Shown: piece by piece, positions 62,528-64,000 of the stretch
Layout of the letters: every line of letters begins with the position of its first letter
How positions within the stretch are numbered: position 1 is the first letter of the stretch
NCBI GenBank assembly: GCA_963708075.1
Contig: OY970194.1
Coordinates: 5,056,001-5,120,000, forward strand
Source of the DNA: Sedimentisphaerales bacterium
Lineage (GTDB): Bacteria > Planctomycetota > Phycisphaerae > Sedimentisphaerales > Anaerobacaceae
Direction: 5' to 3'
Length of the DNA: 64,000 nt
Made by a program: the position numbers and the translations under genes
The notes under the pieces: generated by a model
What the model was told of the DNA's origin: nothing
Databases searched by the model: none
Seen by the model: only the letters and a program-made list of their open reading frames with translations

Positions 62528-63262
62528 TCACCCTGTCTTATTCTGATCCGCTTCCTTCGCTTGGGCTTGGAGGTACTCGGAGTGGACTTGGGCACGCCGC
62601 TCGGGGGGCCAGTCCCTGGGGAAATTCACACAGGCGAACTCGCCGAAGTGCTTGACGGCCGCATAGTCGTACGCCCGGGCTGCCTCGACCTCGTCGTCGA
62701 AATAGCCCAAGTGATGGAAGTGGCGCTTGACCGTGCATCCTGCCTTCCATTTGCCGGTCTTCTTCCAGTACGTGACGCCTTTGAAGCGGGAGAGGAAGTT
62801 GCGTCCCTTGGGCTTGTTGCGCTGGTTTTCCTCGCAGTTGCAGATACGCAGACTGGATCGGCGGGCATCCTGCTTGTTTCCGTCGACGTGGTCCACGAGC
62901 CTGTCCGCGGGCGCCTGCATGATCTCGCGGTGCATGGAAATCTGTCGGCCCTTTTCCCATCGGCAGGGATACCCATTCGTCATGCGCCAGTTGTACCGGC
63001 TGAGCCGCTCGTAGTCGGCGGCGTCCACCCAGGCGTAGCCGCCCCCGGCCAGGGGGATAAAGCGGACGGCGTCGCCCTCTGGCAATGCGGGCTTGCACCG
63101 ATAGTTCGGACAGGCCACCCCCGGCACGTCGTGCAGCACGCCCGGCCACTGGGGATGGTTCGCGCATCTCGGCACGATCGGCTCACCCCGCCGAAGCGAC
63201 CGATCCCAATGCTCCGGGTCACAGATCGAATACACGCAATTGTCACAGCACGGTCCAGACAT
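62528..63262 (-). CDS. HNH-AP2 domain protein with Cys-rich N-terminus
   Basis: MHREIM...VDHVDGNK..RRSSLR (HNH_3-like); SRFKGV...HLGYFDDEVEAARAYDYAAVKHFGEFACVNFP (AP2). Confidence 0.88.
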   Translation of the reverse strand: MSGPCCDNCVYSICDPEHWDRSLRRGEPIVPRCANHPQWPGVLHDVPGVACPNYRCKPALPEGDAVRFIPLAGGGYAWVDAADYERLSRYNWRMTNGYPCRWEKGRQISMHREIMQAPADRLVDHVDGNKQDARRSSLRICNCEENQRNKPKGRNFLSRFKGVTYWKKTGKWKAGCTVKRHFHHLGYFDDEVEAARAYDYAAVKHFGEFACVNFPRDWPPERRAQVHSEYLQAQAKEADQNKTG

Positions 63263-63375
63263 GATTTCTCCCTTCCAAAATGATTGTTGCCCGCTTGCCC
63301 CTACCGTACCATATGTCTCGTGTCGCCAACTCTTGATTTGGCGCTCATCCGGCTTTTACGCACTTGCTTTTGCGC

Positions 63376-63673
63376 TGGGGGCTCTGCCCCCACACCCCCG
63401 GCATTTTTCGCTTTGGGCCAATAGCATGGTGATCATTGATGCGTCCGCCTCGCCCCTTGCCGAGGACAGGCGTTGCCGGTAATCTGAAGTTGCTCCTGTG
63501 GAGGATAGAGCCTGCCCCCGCGAAGGCCGGGGGCTCTGCCAGCAAGCACCCCGAGCGCCGCGGCAGTCCAGTGGCATGGGCGATGCCGTCGTTGCGGAGG
63601 CATCGCCTTGTTCTCGAACCATGCTGCTGGCACAAAGCGCCAAATGCCAGGGGTCCGGGGACAGCGTCCCCGG
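63376..63673. repeat. About 300-bp element with about 55-bp imperfect terminal inverted repeats
   Basis: GGGGCTCTGCCCCCACACCCCCGGCATTTTTCGCTTTGGGCCAATAGCATGGT versus ACCATGCTGCTGGCACAAAGCGCCAAATGCCAGGGGTCCGGGGACAGCGTCCCCGG. Confidence 0.7.
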
Positions 63674-63785
63674 CCTTCGGCTGTTTCTGTCCGTCTTCAC
63701 ACTCCTGTTTGCCTGTCAATTCGACACAAACTGTCGGAATCCCTCACGACACCAAAATCCAAAGCCCGACCCCTTCTTTCCCCTC

Positions 63786-63998
63786 TCAGTGAGTGCATGT
63801 CCATCCTCCCACGACCTCAACGAAATCCTCGCATTCTCTCAACACTCGGCGCAGGTAACTCCTGAATTGCTTCGCCCTCGTCTGATATCCAGTCGCCAAC
63901 AGCCTTCGCTCGATTTCATCGAGTGACATTGGTCGTCGCTGGGTAACACACACAGCACGTGCCAAGACACGGAGTGGAATGCTCCTTTTTGGCAACTG
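63786..63998 (-). CDS. 3' end of a hypothetical, possibly winged-helix, protein running off the window
   Basis: RPMSLDEIERRLLATGYQTRAKQFRSYLRRVLRECEDFVEVVGGW; frame open to the window edge. Confidence 0.45.
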   Translation of the reverse strand, partial: QLPKRSIPLRVLARAVCVTQRRPMSLDEIERRLLATGYQTRAKQFRSYLRRVLRECEDFVEVVGGWTCTH

Positions 63999-64000
63999 TC

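Overview
GC-rich bacterial chromosomal segment. The gene content (PEP-CTERM protein, Tat-exported oxidoreductase, glycosidases, sulfatase-fold protein) suggests Planctomycetota, possibly Phycisphaerae; this is inference. It looks origin-proximal: parB has a cluster of parS palindromes upstream, yidC-mnmE is present, and there are two unlinked ParA ATPases. Housekeeping genes are ribH-nusB, purH, a cysteine synthase, rsmB-fmt-def-lptB, yidC and mnmE. Most notable observations: (1) three co-oriented secreted proteins, two of them paralogous Gln/Gly/Ala-rich proteins with Gln residues in register (candidate amyloid or beta-solenoid fibre subunits), upstream of a MoxR-DUF58-transglutaminase trio; (2) a ParA ATPase fused to a glycogen-binding CBM48-like domain; (3) several REP-like palindrome families, with copies inserted in frame in rsmB and mnmE; (4) a 254-bp MITE with 31-bp TIRs and a 6-bp target duplication between def and fmt. 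Eight frameshifts, each consistent with one extra base and including purH and lptB, are probably sequencing or assembly errors. No rRNA, tRNA or CRISPR array was recognised.
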